Below are positions 11,672 through 26,037 of a stretch of DNA of 64,000 bases, piece by piece. The position numbers and the translations under genes are program-made. Numbering within the stretch: the first letter of the stretch is position 1; every line of letters begins with the position of its first letter. The notes beneath the pieces are model-generated. The model was not told the DNA's origin and did no database searches. It saw only the letters and a program-made list of their open reading frames with translations. Source of the stretch: Eledone cirrhosa (Eukaryota). Location: contig OZ024741.1 in the NCBI GenBank assembly GCA_964016885.1, positions 37,572,001 to 37,636,000 of the forward strand. Reading direction: 5' to 3'.

Positions 11672-14400
11672 TCATTGTTTTTATATCTGTTTTTCTATGC
11701 TTGCATGGGTTGGATGGGTCCTTCTCAGCACAGCAACTCTCCACTCACCCCATTCCTTCGTCATCTCCTCATCAGTTTTAACCACTATGCAGGTTACTAG
11801 TTTGACTCTGGCTTCTCCCAATGCCTTTAGCATCTCAGCTCTCACCACCTCTACTGCGGCTTCCATCCACTAGGATTTCTTGGCACTTTTTCACCCAGCA
11901 ATCATCATCCATGCAGATCACATGTCCGTACCAATGCAGTCTTCCCTCCAGCACATCACCTCAGATGAACTGAGAGAACAGAGGAATCCAAGCTCTGCCT
12001 TTCTCTCACACTTTTCATTGCACATCCAATGAAGCATAGTTGCTTCATTTCTCTCCAGTCTACATATGCCTTTATGCAGTCACTGCTCATGTTTCACTAC
12101 CATGCAACATCGCACATTGCACACAGGTGTCATACAGTCATCCATTTGTACATAGGGAGAAACCTTTTGTTGTCAAGAGTGGGTGTAGCTCTCTAAGCTT
12201 CTTCCATTCTATCCTTATTCTAGCTATTATGCTCTCAGAGCACCCTCTTCCACTACTAATTAAGTCACTTATATAGCAGAAGCTATCAACCACTTCTATG
12301 GACCCTTCATGTGATTGGAAAAAGTTTATATCATTGGCACTCTTCCTCTCAATTACTTCTATTCATCTTCTACATGCAAAGTTCTCCCTTCCTGTTAGTC
12401 TACTTGTTATCCCACTACATCTTTTGTGTGCCCAAGATTTACATTGTTTACATTGTAAGGTGTTTATGCCTACTCCTTTTCTACATATTGAGCAGGGCCA
12501 CTTCCCTGAAGGAATCTGGATCCTATTTTCTTTCCTACTCACTAGCACTTTGGCTAAGTTTACTCTTTAGACTTTATGATTCCAAATTCAGTTACCATAA
12601 TCAGAACTTATTTTCTAGTTCTTTTTTGGTTTCAGCTATAAGGATCAAATCATTTGCACACAGAAGTTCCCATGGACAGCCCATTTTAAACTCCTGTTAT
12701 GGCATGGAGAACTATGATGAACAGCAGTGGACTAAAAACTGAATCTTGAACTCTTACTTGTACCTTCACTAAACTCGTTTTCTACTCTCACTTTACTGAC
12801 AGCTCCTCTGTACATAGCTTGCACTGCTCTCACAAGCCATTCTTCTACACATATTTCCTTAGGGACCACCAGCTACTACATCAAGGTACTCTGTCAAAGG
12901 CTTTTTCTAAATCAACAAATGCTAAATATAGTAGCTTAGTTTTGGCTTGGAACTTCTCTTGTAGTTGCCTCACTAGGAAGAGGGTCTGTAGTACTTTTCT
13001 CAGGCATGAAACCAAACTGCATCTCAACTATTTTGACTCTTTCCCTAATTAACTGCGCTATAACTCTTTCTGTCACTTTCAGAACTTTATCCATTAGTTT
13101 TATTCCTCTATAGTTGCTCCTCTCTAGAGCATCACCTTTGCCCTTGTAGCAGTTTATGATTGTACTACTGTGCCAGTCATTGGGTATGACTCTGTCATGA
13201 TTATTTGAGTGACTATGCAGGTTACTAGTTTGACTCCTACTTCTCCCAATTTTTCAGCATCTCAGCAACTATTTCTGATGGTCCTGCAGCTTTAGCATTT
13301 TTCATCTCTGTGATTGGAGGCACATGGCTTAGTGGTTAGAGCATTGGCCTTACAATCGAAAGGTTGTGAGTTCAATTCTCAGACCGAGTGATGTGTTGTT
13401 TCCTTGAGCAAGACACTTTATTTCACATTGCTCCAGTTTACTCAGCTGTAGAAATGAGATGATAGGGACTGGGGTCCCTATCATTCCACAGCAAAGTGGT
13501 CGTGGAGGTGCCACAGCAAAAAAGCACCCAACCCACACTGTAAAGTGGATGTGTAGGCGCCACGGAAAAAAAAGCACCCAGCACTCACTGTAAATGAGGT
13601 TGGTGTTAGGAAGGGCATCCAGCTGTAGAAATCAAGCCAGAATCAGTTCCCGTCCCACCCTTGCAAGCAGGGAAAAGCGGACGTAAAATGATGATGATGA
13701 TTGCGTCTTTGACCCTTTAACTGTCAACTTCAATAGCTGGCCCTTTCTTTGGCTAAGTTGGGGGTAGTTTCTCTTCCTCCCATTCATTCTCTACATTCAT
13801 CAATCTCTCATAGTAACATTTCCAAGCCCTTCTTTTGGGCACTAGGGGTGCTAAGTGCACCAGTGTCATTTCTAACACATTTTTCCCCATAACATCTCGA
13901 TATACACTAACACACTATCTTGCAATAGGGAACACTTCATGTCCCTAGTCCTCATGTCTCGAGACATTGGCAAATTTACTTTCTTCAGCCTCTCTCTGAT
14001 CTGTGTATAACTGATGCCTACCTTTCTGAGCTACTTTGTACCAGTCTCTGTTACCTCCATTCTTCCAGTCTTTCCATGTTTGTCTCTTGGCTTTAATGGC
14101 TCTATTCCCTGTGCTGCTTCACTAATAGGTCATTCTCTGTCTGCCTGGCAATTTACTCTAGTCACAATTCTCATCAATATTTTGCAAAAGGTTGTCACAT
14201 AGGTATTTCCAGTTGTACCTAGCTCATCACTCCTCTTATCTAATGCATCCTGTATAGCCTTTCTAAAACTATATTTAATTGAAAGGTCCTTTAGCTTCCA
14301 AACTCTGTCTCCATATTTTGTATCTTGTTCTGTCTTGTGTTTATTTTGTAAACTAACACTAATTTGTATTGGACAGTGCATTCTTCCCCAGGGAAGGCCT
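11672..14400 (-). mobile_element. Older, decayed RTE relative (same PHD-RT architecture), interrupted by a SINE at 13316-13701
   Basis: SGKWPCSICRKGVGINTLQCKQCKSWAHKRCSGI..FACRR (12363-12548); collinear similarity to 24000-25390; many stops. Confidence 0.85.
13316..13701 (+). mobile_element. tRNA-derived CORE-type SINE with RTE-shared 3' end
   Basis: A box TGGCTTAGTGG, B box GTTCAATTC, CORE-like TTCCTTGAGCAAGACACTT, hairpin ATGATAGGGAC-TGGG-GTCCCTATCAT, (GAT)n tail, candidate TSD TGATTG. Confidence 0.9.
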
Positions 14401-14823
14401 TAGTGTTTATTACAGTCTGCAATATATACTTCAGAATGTAGCCACACAATATGCATTGGATTCTCCACTTGGTATCACTTCTATATTTTATTCTTATCTC
14501 TTAATCTTTTCTTTTGTTATTCTACTTTGATAAAAGGTTTCACCTAAAATCATAGACTTCTACTTCACACAATTTTGTACAAATATTTTGTCAACCACAT
14601 ATCCACTTTTTTCACAAGTTTTTCATTTTTATTTTTGTTTATAACATTTATGTATTAACTCCATGTTTTTTATTTTGTCTTTTTTTTTACTTCCTGGCCT
14701 ATCTCACCTATATATATAGTGGTAAGAAACTCTCATGAGGGCTGGACAGCAAAAGATCTTCAGAGAAGACCCTCCCCCCAGCAAATGTTTTGGCCCTTAA
14801 CTTCCAAGCTAACACACACACAT

Positions 14824-14908
<85 letters not shown>

Positions 14909-15352
14909 CTGCACCTATTTAGTTAACATGTTTTTAAAAAATGTATCACCTTATCTAGTGGATTTCATTATCTAATCGGTAGAGGGTCGGACGCCATGCT
15001 TTGACACATAGAGTTACTGCCCTTGCCATTCTGAGTTCAAATCCCGCCGAGGTTAACTTTGCCTTTCATCCTTACTGGGTCGATAAAATAAAGTGGGTAA
15101 TTGCTGGCCTTGTGCCAAAAAGTAGAAACAATTATCTAATAAGGAAAATATTTTTTTCATTATATTCTTATTGTTGTTTTATGACTTTATTTTACATTGT
15201 GACTTTATTTTACATTGTATAAAGATGATATTGAAAAGATCTATTGAAAAATCTACATGGCCCTGCATCTTACACACAAAAAATTGGTTCTTTCCTCCAC
15301 CCCACACACACCTGATTTAAAACCTGGGTATGTTCAAAACTACACGATTTAA

Positions 15353-15575
15353 CTCTTTCATTACCATATTTCTAAAGAAACTGTCTATGATTTTAAAATA
15401 ATTTTGACAATAATCAAGAATTTGGAGTTATTTAGTAATATAACTAACTTTCTCATAATAAAATTTTTACATAAAATTATGACAAAAGGTTTTTAGATAA
15501 ATGTAAACACTTTAAAACAACATGCTTTGTATCATAGCATGAGGGGCAGTTTTAGGTGGTTTGGTATCAAATGGT
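15353..15575. mobile_element. AT-rich TTAA-flanked MITE, family B (other copies ~20420-20877, 32040-32202, 33834-34335, 46340-46560, 49918-50153, 50570-51038, 51445-51650, 52325-52512)
   Basis: Recurrent TTACCATATTTCTAAT...TTTTGAAAATAATCAAGAATTT...TTTAGTAATATAAC core, with degenerate CCCTTT/AAAGGG termini next to TTAA. Confidence 0.65.
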
Positions 15576-15878
15576 TTAACACTACAGAGGATGTAGGTGT
15601 TCTGTGCAATCTTATAAGCTTCAGTCCTCAAATTTATGAGCTCTGACTGAATAAAAAAAGTCAGGCAATTTATTCAAACAAGAGAAATGACAATTTCCAA
15701 AAGGTTATAGAAATTGCCACATTCCAAGATGATGTGTGGAAATCTTAAATCATCTTACTGCCTCTCTAAATGAAAAGATGTTAGCTGAAGTAGTTCAAGG
15801 GTATATCTAAATTTGCAGGAGGAGAGGGGGCTTAGTTAGAGTTTTCTCACGTTAGGTAATGTAAGATTAGGACATTAA

Positions 15879-16098
15879 CCCTTTAGCATTTACATTACTC
15901 TACATATACTATTATAATTTTGTGGCAAAATCTTTACCTTACATTATTATCTCACATAATTACGAATATATAAGATCTTGATCTCATTTATTTTGAGAAC
16001 AATACCTTAATATCAGTATCAGTGGCCAGTTACAGCCAGTTTGAATAGAAAGAGTGAGAGAATTCTGGCTGGATACAGCCAGTTTAAATGCTAAAGGG
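15879..16098. mobile_element. piggyBac-like MITE, family A (opposite orientation to 5899)
   Basis: Perfect 14-bp TIR CCCTTTAGCATTTA/TAAATGCTAAAGGG, TTAA on both sides. Confidence 0.85.
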
Positions 16099-17801
16099 TT
16101 AAGAGTATTACAGCTTTTTTAAATTAAAAAAAATATTTTCTGACACATATATTCAATGCTGCACTATTTAAAACTGTGTTAGATGCAAGGTCACTACATT
16201 TCCATAATACCTAGTTTTAAGTTTTTCTTCCTACTAAAGTGGATATTAGGAATTCATGGATTTCTTTCCTGTACATTTTATAGTTGGTATAAAGAACATG
16301 GTGTATTGGCAAAGCCATTAGGATGTTGAATAGAATACTTTGTGGTATTCATGCCAGTTCTCTGTGCTTGAAGTTCAGCTCATGCTGCAGTCAATTTTAC
16401 CTGCTGTCCCCCCCCCCCTTCTTCTGTAAATGATGATACTCCTATGACTCCATTCACTGTTATGTGCTCAGTGATTATAAAAGGTGGAATCCATTAACAC
16501 AGCAATAAAAGAGATGTAGCCAATCAAATCAAGTTTAATAATTGTTTCTACTTTAGGCACAAGGCCAGAAATTACCCAGTACATTACTGGTAGTTTATTT
16601 TATCGAACCCGTAAGGATGAAAGGCAAAGTTAACCTCGGCGGGATTTGAACTCAGACTGTAAAGGGACGTAACTATGCTAGAAAGCATGGCGTTCAACCC
16701 TCTACCGATACTGCCAATTCACCGTTTAATAATGTTATTAAAAATATGTCTATCGTGATAATTAGAAGCATTGTAATAATTATGAAATGTACCAGGTTTC
16801 AGTGAATTGCCAGAGTCATTAGCTTCCGATTAAATACCTTGGTATTTTTCATCTATCTGCATTCTATGTTCAAATACTGCCGAAGTCAATTTTGCCTTTT
16901 ATCCTTTAGTTCAAAGGTTCTCAAATGTTTTGAGCCACCACCCCCATCCTCATGGCCATGTAATACCCTCAGTTCCCCCACCCATATTTCCAGAGAGACC
17001 TGCCTACACGCATATTGTAAATAATATATAATAAATAAAATCATTAATTTATATATAATAAATTATATATATACTATGTATAAATAAATATTATATATTT
17101 TTTATTTTACTATATTTATATATATTGATATTTAATATACTATTATATCATCTCTATTGCCCCCAATGCCCCCTGGATCTTCTTAATGCCCCCCCCCCCC
17201 CCCCCCCCCGGTGTGGCAGTAGTGTTCACTTTGAGAACCTCTGCTTTAGTTGGTTGGTAGATTGTCAGAATTGTTAAAGAGTTGGACAGGATGATTTGCA
17301 GTATCTGCTTGGGTTCTGTATGTTATAAGTTCAAATCCTGCCTCCTGTCAACAGAAAAGCTGTAACATTTCTGTCAAGAGTTTCAACCAACAGATAGTAT
17401 CAGTAATGGAAAGACCTATGGAAACATAGTTTTATTAGTATTACCTGACAATCAACTTCTTTTTTTTTCTTTTTTTTCTCTTCAGTATTGTTCTGATATT
17501 TGATTGATAGTATCATTTATTTAATTTTGGAATAGTAGTTGCAAAAGACTTGTTCTTACTGGTGGTACCAGCTGGCCAATCCTACTAGGATGACTGCAAC
17601 ACTTTGCATATCTATGCAGAAAAGGACTAAAACATTTTCTATTATTACTTTCTTCTCTTTTGGTTGAGCTGTTTGTGACAGGTGTCATTGGAATTGACAA
17701 AAATATCTTTGGAGTCTCTTGCTTGATAAGTCTTGTCAGCTACTTGATTTTCAGGTAGAGTTGTGTTGAAGTACATTGTTTATTCCTGAAAACACACACA
17801 T

Positions 17802-17984
<183 letters not shown>

Positions 17985-20900
17985 GAAAGAGGAGAGTGTG
18001 TTTGTGTGTTTTCGTCCTAAAAATGTTTTAGAGTGATAGGTGGTGTGAGGCGGAGAGAAGAGAAGGGAGTTATAGGTTGAATGAAAACAACAACAACAAC
18101 AACAGCAATGACAATTAAAGGAAAGGAAAAAAGAGGAGAAAGGGTGTTGTGGGGGAAGCAGAAAAGAAATCCAGTATGTAAGAGAATAGGAGATTATTAG
18201 TAAAAAGAAATGTAGGAAGGAGAGAATGAGATAAAAGAGGACAGAAGAAAAGAATAGAATAAAACAAAAGATGAGAGAAAGAAAGAAAAAGGTTGGACGG
18301 TGGGGGGTGGTAAAGAAGAAAAGAAGCTCTTAGAGTATGTAAAAGAAGTAGGAAGAAAAAAAAGCAAAGGAATAAGAAGAAAACTGAATAGAGATAATCT
18401 ACTCAATTTAGTTAGAGTTGACCAGTCTTCTGATTTACACAATGTTGGATTTTTAAGTCTATTATTTTTATTATAGCGTCAGACACCACGCTTTGCAGCA
18501 TAGAGTTATGGCCCTTTGCGTTCTGATTTCAAATCCTGCCGAGGTTAGCTTTGCCTTTGATCCTTTCGGAGTCGATAAAATAAAGCACCAGTAATGCACT
18601 GGGGTAATTACTGGCCAGAACCAATTATTAATATAGTATTTGCAGTGGATTGGTAGAATTGTTAGAATGTTGGGCAGAATACCTTAAGGTATTTAGTTAT
18701 GATGTTTTACTTTCAGAGTTCAGTTTCCCACCAAGGTCAACTTTACCTTTCGTTTTTCTAAGGTCAATAAAATAAATACAAGTCTAATACTGAAGTTGAT
18801 TTAATCACTCCACCCCCACTCTGTGACCTAAATTTCTGGCCTTGCGCTTAAATCAGAATTCACTATTCTACAATTTTAAAAACACAACATATTTTTATGA
18901 TCTAAATCAGAGGAGGAAGTGCAGTAGCCATCACCTTTTCTTGCTGGGCCTCCAAGGCTGGTGGGAAAAATTGAATATTTTTGATATCTCTCAATCAGAG
19001 ACTTGGTTTGTATATTTGCAGCAGAGTTGGTGTATATCTTTAAAGACATCTAAGAGCCAAGTGCTGTTGGTAAACTGGACTGTAGTTTAAGTCTACAACC
19101 CAAGAATAGGTACAGTCTATCTGACAAGCTTCTACATAGTTTCTTTGCATCCAATTCCCCTCACAAGGCTTATTATATCAACCTGAGATTATGGAACTTT
19201 CAAACTTCTTAACTGCAAAGCTTTTGTTGTTACACTTCATACTGATGTAGATTTAGCTAGCTTTCTATAAAGTTGCCTCTCATAAGAGGATTCTTGAGTT
19301 TTTTTAATGATATAGACTCTAATCCAATCATAAAAAGATCCCCCTCCTCCTCCAAACTGGATGCCAGTTTGTTGCAGGGGTTAACTTTTTTTAAAACTGA
19401 GTAGACTTGAGTAATGTGAAATGAAGCATCTTACTTAAGTTCACAACACAGTCCAGGAATTGAACTCACAACCTCATGATCCCATGTCCAACACCCTAAC
19501 CATTAAGCCTTCTCACAAGGCTATGCCTGCCTTCATATGATGCATAAACGCGAGAAGAAAATCATGACTATAGCTTCACTATTACATGTGACATCTCGCT
19601 ACTTACACAGAATACATTAAACCCTGCTACTTCTATTTCAAAATAAGCAGAACCTGTGTTGCTCTCAAAGTCAATTTGTAATTTCATCTTTCTACCCATT
19701 AAGTCTTTTGACATGAATCCTCAAGGAACCACCTAGAGTTTTGTGATACAAAGTGTTCATATTCAAACCTTTCATTATCATTTTATGTAAGAAACATTTA
19801 TTATGTTCAACTGGACTAAGGACAATGAGTATCCAAATGTTGTAATGAAGTAGCACTAGGGACATGACAAGACACACACAGACTACCCTGTAAAATAGTA
19901 GTGCTGATGCAATGACAAAAAGCACCCAGTCCACCCAGTAAGATGGTTGTGCTAGTGCTGTGACAAAAAAAAAACAACAAAAAACATCCACTCTTCCCTG
20001 TAAGGTGGTTGTGCTGATGCCATGAAAATAACTCTCAGTTTATGCTGTAAAGTGAATGGCATTAGGAAAGGCATCCAGCTGTAAAAAACCAAGCCAAAGT
20101 CAGAGGAACATATGAACAAGACATGGTCATATAACCTAAGAATAACCCATGCAAACATGTATTTTATAAGAGATATGGTCATAAAAGGATTGATAAAATA
20201 AGCAGCAGTAAATCTATGTTGAATATACAAATGACAAGTGTGAAACTCACATTTCAAAGTATGAGTGTCAATATGTTTACATAGGTTTCTTTCAAGCCAC
20301 CTATTGAAAAAGAAAGAAAACAAATATTTACAGAGATTTTTAAAGTTTTATTTTACAGGGAAACTTCCTTGTGCATTTGTCTGTATGTGGTGCATGTGTG
20401 TGAATGCACACATACATGCCATTGACTCTTTCATTACTATATTTCTAATAAAATACACAGCCTGTGATTTTCAAATAATTTTGAAAATAATCAAGAATTT
20501 GAAGGGCTTTAATAATGTAGCTAACTTTCTCATATTTAATATATTTTAAGAAAGGTTCTTCATAAAAATTATAATTGAATATTTTAGCTAAATATAAAAA
20601 GTTTAAACTTTTCATTACCATATTTCTAATAAAAACTACTGCCTATGTACTTGAAATAATTTTGAAAATAATCAAGAATTTGGGAGTGATTTAGTAATTA
20701 TCTAACTATCTCATTAAACATATCTCATTATTAAGCTAGTGTTTGGAACATAACTTAAAAGTCCTTACGTAAAATTATGATGGAAAGTTTTAAAATAAAT
20801 GTAAAGACTTTAAAACAAACAGTTTTATATCATAGAACCAGTGGTAGTTTCAGGTGGCTTAGCAACAAAAGGGTTAACAGTGTGTCAAGCCAGTGATTTA

Positions 20901-23362
20901 GTTGAAAAAGTCTAATCCGTGTAGTTTTAGGCTTAAGTTTTGTCATTGAATATTATATGTGAAAGAAGATAAAAGTAAAATCTCACAGGAAGGTATAACA
21001 ACCTGAGGCAAGAGGTAGCAAGAGGGTTAATCCTATTCATGTAAAAGTATTTATAAAATTCTTATCAATCTTGAGCTTAGGAATAGCTTTAAACTCCAAA
21101 ACACATGATATTGACTTAACAAAATGCTTTTTTTTTTCTTTTGATTTTAATCTCTTTACTTGTTTCTGTAATTAACTACATGAAAAGATATTGGCATGGC
21201 TGAGTGGTTCAGAAGTTTGCTTTATAATCATGAGGTCCTAGGGTCGACCCAAATTGTGAGTGAAATAAGATACATAGAAACTGTATGGAAGCCTGTTGGA
21301 TTGTACCTGTAACATATAGTGTAATTCTGATTCTACTTGAAATTATGTTATGGGTACACATGTGTGTAGAATCGGGAACCTTTTAGTTGTTAATTCCTGA
21401 GTTGATCAAACAACTCATTGCTGATTGTTGAAACTGACAGAGGATCTACCATGATCATCTTAATCATCATTTGAAAAAATACATGGAAATTAATTTTCAT
21501 TATGTTTTACTGTTTAGTCAGGGATGGAAATGAATGCTCATCATCACTCTTTCAGGGCCGTTGAGATTATTGGGATGGATGAATGAAAATATCAAATTGG
21601 AGATCTGACTCAAATACTTTTACAACAGAGTGGATATTGGCTTTGTTTTCATAATGTATCTGTAGTCTTTATAAGAGATTACTAAATGTGGTGGCAACAG
21701 GAAAGGTAAGACATTACCTCAAAAGGGCCACCATGAAGTTTTGTTATTGGTTATCATGATTTATTTTTCCTTTTTCTTTTGTTTTTAGCTAGTTATTTTT
21801 GACATTGGTAACATTCTGGACAGAATCCCATTGAGGTTAGCTTTGCCTTTCATCCTTACAGGGTCGATAAAATAAACCACTAGTAATGTACTGGGGTCGA
21901 TTTAATCGACTTTCCCCTCCTTTTCAAATTGTTGGGCTTGTGCCTAAAGTAGAAGCAATTATTATTAATGAGAGCAGTGGATTGCCAGATGCATTAGAGT
22001 CTTGGACAAATGTTTTTTGGTACTTGCTCCGGCCCTTTAAGTACTGTGTTCAAATCCCACCAAAAACAACTTTTCCTTTCATCCTTCCTAAGTTGATAAA
22101 ATAAAGTACCAGTGAAGTACTGGGGTTGATAGAATTGACCTTCTCCTTTCCCAAAATTTCTTCTTGTGCCTAAATTACAAACAATTATTATTATTCAATG
22201 TTTTTTGTTTTGGCATGGGCTAAATACACCTTGTATTAGAATAACTCTGGAAAAATTCTGATATTCGATTGACATTTGTTACTGATTGATATTTGTTACT
22301 GATTGATATTTGTTACTCAATTTTACTGAATAAATTGCTATGACTACATATAGAATATTGGATGGATGTACATATATTGTTCCTGGAAATATGCAGAATT
22401 TGATTGGCTATAAATTGATGAAACATAGTTCCACTGTTATTCCTAGATAATAATGTCATATAATAAATGGCACACCCTTTTCTCATATTGTAATATTTTA
22501 ATTTCAGCCTTGCTAATTTTTATCATACAGCATGGCAGTTTTTGCCTCTCAAATCATACAACTCAACATCGTTGTAGTTGTCATTGTTGTAATCATCATC
22601 AGCATTATCATTATTGTTGTCATCATCATCATTATCATTATTACCATCATCATCACCATTGTCATCATCATTGTTTTTACATTTGTTATTTTTGTTTCCA
22701 TGTTGACATGGATTGGACAAGACTTCTTGAGGCAGTTTTTCTATGGCAAGATGTCTTGCCTGGTGTCAGACAACACTTTATTTATAAGTATGGTATATAC
22801 GGCTCATCTTGGTCAAATCATTACTCTGCAGGAGGTATTATGTATGCAGCACATAAATAAATGTCACTATTCGCTTTAATTGTTTCCAATGTGAAGACAC
22901 ATGTACTAAACTGACACACAAACACACACACACACATACACTTATATATCAGCATTTTTACATTTGTTTTTCCTCACTTAAATGTGTTGTACAATGATGA
23001 TAATTGTAAGCTGTGCTTATCATAGTTTTAACATAGTTTTTCTGGCCTGGTGTCCTTCCTATTACCAACCACATTACAGCATAATCTGAGTGCATTTATT
23101 ATGGTTTACAGAATCTACATCTCTCCCAGACAAGTATTTGTTTGGAGATACTGCTCTCCTAGATGGGTTGCCTTTGCTATAATGTGTTTGACTGGTTTGT
23201 CTAAAAAACACATTCATCTCATGTTCTGAATTAAAAACTCATATATTGTATATAACCAATGGTTACTGTTTACTTCATAGTTTTACTGATGTTACTAGCC
23301 TATTTAAATAGCGATCATTGATAAATATTATATATATATATATTTATATATATATATATATA

Positions 23363-25392
23363 TCATCATCATCATCATCATCATCGTTTAACGTCCATCT
23401 TCCACGCTTGCATGGGTTTGGACGGGAGCTCTCCCACTTGAGACAAGATTGGTTGTATTGCTCGTATAGGACTGTCTGGCGGGTTTTCTACGGCTGCCCT
23501 TCCTAACACCAACCACGTTTACAGTGTGGACTGGGAGGTTTTTACCGTGTTACCTATACGGCCACATTACAGCGTGGACTGTGTGTTTTTTTTCGTGACA
23601 TCTACACGACCTCATTTGTTTCGGACTGGATGTTGTGGTACCAACATAACTTTACATTGAAAGGGGTGGTGTGGACGGGGGGGGGGTGTATTTTTGTTAG
23701 AGGTGCCTACTGACTGTAGGTTTCGCTTTGTACTTAGGCAAGGCGGGTCTTCTGTATTACTGTGTAGCGCCAAAGATCTTGGTCCAGTGACATTGTCTTG
23801 GAGAGGTGTAAGTGTGTGAGGTCGGAATTTATCAAGTCGTCCCAGGTTTTTCTGGGTTTGCTTACTCCATGGCTACCGTCTATTTTTATCACCCTGCACT
23901 TTTTATACAGCTGTCGTCTTTCATGCGCATCACGTGACCATACCAACGTAGTCTTCTCTCGAGTAAACAACATCTGATTCCTCTTATTCCTAATTTCTCC
24001 CTTAGTTCATTTATGCTTTGCCGTTCATGTATATTACTATTACACATCCAACGGAGCATGCAAGCTTATTCCTCTCCAGTTTGCATATATCCTCTGCACA
24101 CAATGCCCAGGTCTCACTGCCATGTAACATTGTTGTTCGTATGCAGGCATCATACAGCCTGCCTTTCATTTTTAGAGAGAACCCTTTAGCGGCCAATAGT
24201 GGTATAATCTCTCTGAACTTTTTCCATCCTGTTCTGACTCTGGCTACTGTACTCTCGGAGCACCCGCCACCACTGCTGATTTTGTCACCCAGGTAACGGA
24301 AGGTGTCCACTATTTCTATAGAACCATCTGTGCAATGGAATGAGCTAGTATTCTGTGGGCACTTGCTGCTACTTGTTGCACCTGAGCACCGGCCACATAT
24401 AAAATCTATATTCTTAGTTAGCTTACCTGTGATCCCACTACATCTTTTATGCACCCATACTTTGCATTTGGGACATAAAATGGAGTTTCTGCCTACTCCT
24501 TTCCTACACACTAAGCATGGCCATTTCCCAGATGGGACCAGTGCCCTATTTTCCTTCCTACAAACTAGTACTTTAGTCTTAGACAGGTTAATTTTAAGGC
24601 CTTTTGATTCTAGGCCATGCTTCCATGTTTGGAATTTCTTCTCTAGTTCAGCCATTGATTCAGCTATGAGCGTTAGATCATCTGCGTATAGAAGTTCCCA
24701 TGGGCAGCCAGTCTTAAACTCCTCTGAAATAGCCTGAAGGGCAATAATAAATAGTAGGGGGCTAAGAACGGAGCCCTGATGAACACCAACTTTTACGCTA
24801 AACTCTTCACTATATTCGTTGTTAATTCTAACCTTGCTGACTGTTTCTTTATACATGGCTTGTATAGCTCTCACAAGCCATTCATCAACACCTAGTTTTC
24901 TAAGGGCCCACCAGATAATCGAGTGGGGTACTCTGTCAAAGGCTTTCTCCAAGTCAACAAAAGCTAAGTATAGGGGTTTACTTTTAGCTAGGTATTTCTC
25001 CTGTAGTTGTCGTACAATGAAAAGAGCGTCTGTGGTACTTTTACCTGACACAAACCCGAACTGCATTTCATCTAGATCAATTCGCTCTCTGATTAATTGC
25101 GCTATTACTTTTTGCCCTGGTTAATTAATTTAATGCCTCTATAGTTTCCCCTATCTAGGGCATCTCCTTTGCCCTTGTAGCAGTTAATGATGATGCTGCT
25201 GCGCCAGTCCTTCGGAACGACCCCATTCTGTATGACTTGGTTTACTATCCGGGTGACCATAGTGTGTCCCACCGTTCCAGATGCTTTCAGCATTTCAGCA
25301 ACTATTTCCGAAGACCCAGCCGCCTTGCCCGTCTTCATGTCTTTGATTGCCTTACTTATTATACTACCTTCAACTTGCACCGCTGGTCCCAT
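23363..25392 (-). mobile_element. RTE-clade LINE, 5'-truncated, RT with internal PHD-type finger; 3' UTR ends in (GAT)n
   Basis: Frameshifted ORFs 25105-25392, 24011-25066 and 23734-23973: NYRGIKL, QFGF..GKSTTDA, FVDLEKAFDRVP, GVHQGSVLSPLLF, LYADD, FRYLG, LHGSETW, KPRKTW. Confidence 0.93.
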
Positions 25393-25424
25393 TTATTCTC
25401 CTCATATATATATTTATTCATTAT

Positions 25425-25610
25425 TAGTTGGCAGTATCGGTAGAGGGTCGGACGTCATGCTTTGATGCATAGTTACCTCCCTTGCCATTCTGAGTTCAAA
25501 TCCCGCCGAGGTTAACTTTGCCTTTCACCCTTACAGGGTCGATAAAATAAAGTACCAGTAATACACTGGGTAATTGCTGGCCTTGTGCCAAAAGTAGAAA
25601 CAATTATTAG
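25425..25610 (+). mobile_element. Nin/Deu-domain-like tRNA SINE (close copies 14975-15135 +, 16538-16725 -, 47250-47432 -, 18480-18630 +; older copies near 4180, 11110, 18640, 21825, 21975, 34515, 37295, 45110, 46590, 50710, 58540)
   Basis: GAGTTCAAATCCCGCCGAGGTTAACTTTGCCTTTCA.CCTTAC.GGGTCGATAAAATAAAGTACCAGT, ending in AACAATTATTA. Confidence 0.85.
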
Positions 25611-25672
25611 TACAGATTAAAGTTTAAACAAAGAATTTCTGCTTTCACTCTATAAGGGATCTTCTGAAAGTC

Positions 25673-25710
<38 letters not shown>

Positions 25711-25770
25711 CCTCTCACTCTCTCTCTCCCTCTCACTCTCTCTCTCTCTCTCTCTCTCTGTATATATATA

Positions 25771-25981
25771 TATTTAATTAGAAAGTGAACAACACAATAT
25801 ATAACTACTCCATTACCAAAGGTTTCAGGACGCTAGACAATATTAATATATGTCTAGTTCGTTCATCAGACAGAGATGTAACATCATGAATGAACTAGAC
25901 ATATATTAATATTGTCTAGGGTCCTGAAACCTTTGGTAATGGAGTAGTTATATATTGTGTTGTTCACTTTCTAATTAAATA
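25771..25981. repeat. Inverted repeat: 96-bp arms, 19-nt spacer, 2 mismatches
   Basis: 25771-25866 vs 25886-25981. Confidence 0.95.
25808..25875 (-). ncRNA. Type I hammerhead ribozyme within a fold-back insert
   Basis: Minus strand: CTCTGT-CTGATGA-acgaaCTAGACA...TGTCTAGcgtcct-GAAACC-ttt-GGTA-ATGGAG; base of stem II imperfect. Confidence 0.7.
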
Positions 25982-26037
25982 GCTCTGTTCTATACATAGA
26001 GCACTCTTTTTTCCTTTGCTTTTCCTTTGGAATTACC

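Noticed and set aside
13316-13390. tRNA gene
   Set aside because: tRNA-like head continues into the SINE body in multiple dispersed copies; no proper acceptor stem.
13350-13577. Recurrent ORF 'MPFLTPTSFTVSAG...LEQCEIKCLAQG' (also 29035, 33312, 48509)
   Set aside because: Antisense reading of SINE copies, not a gene family.
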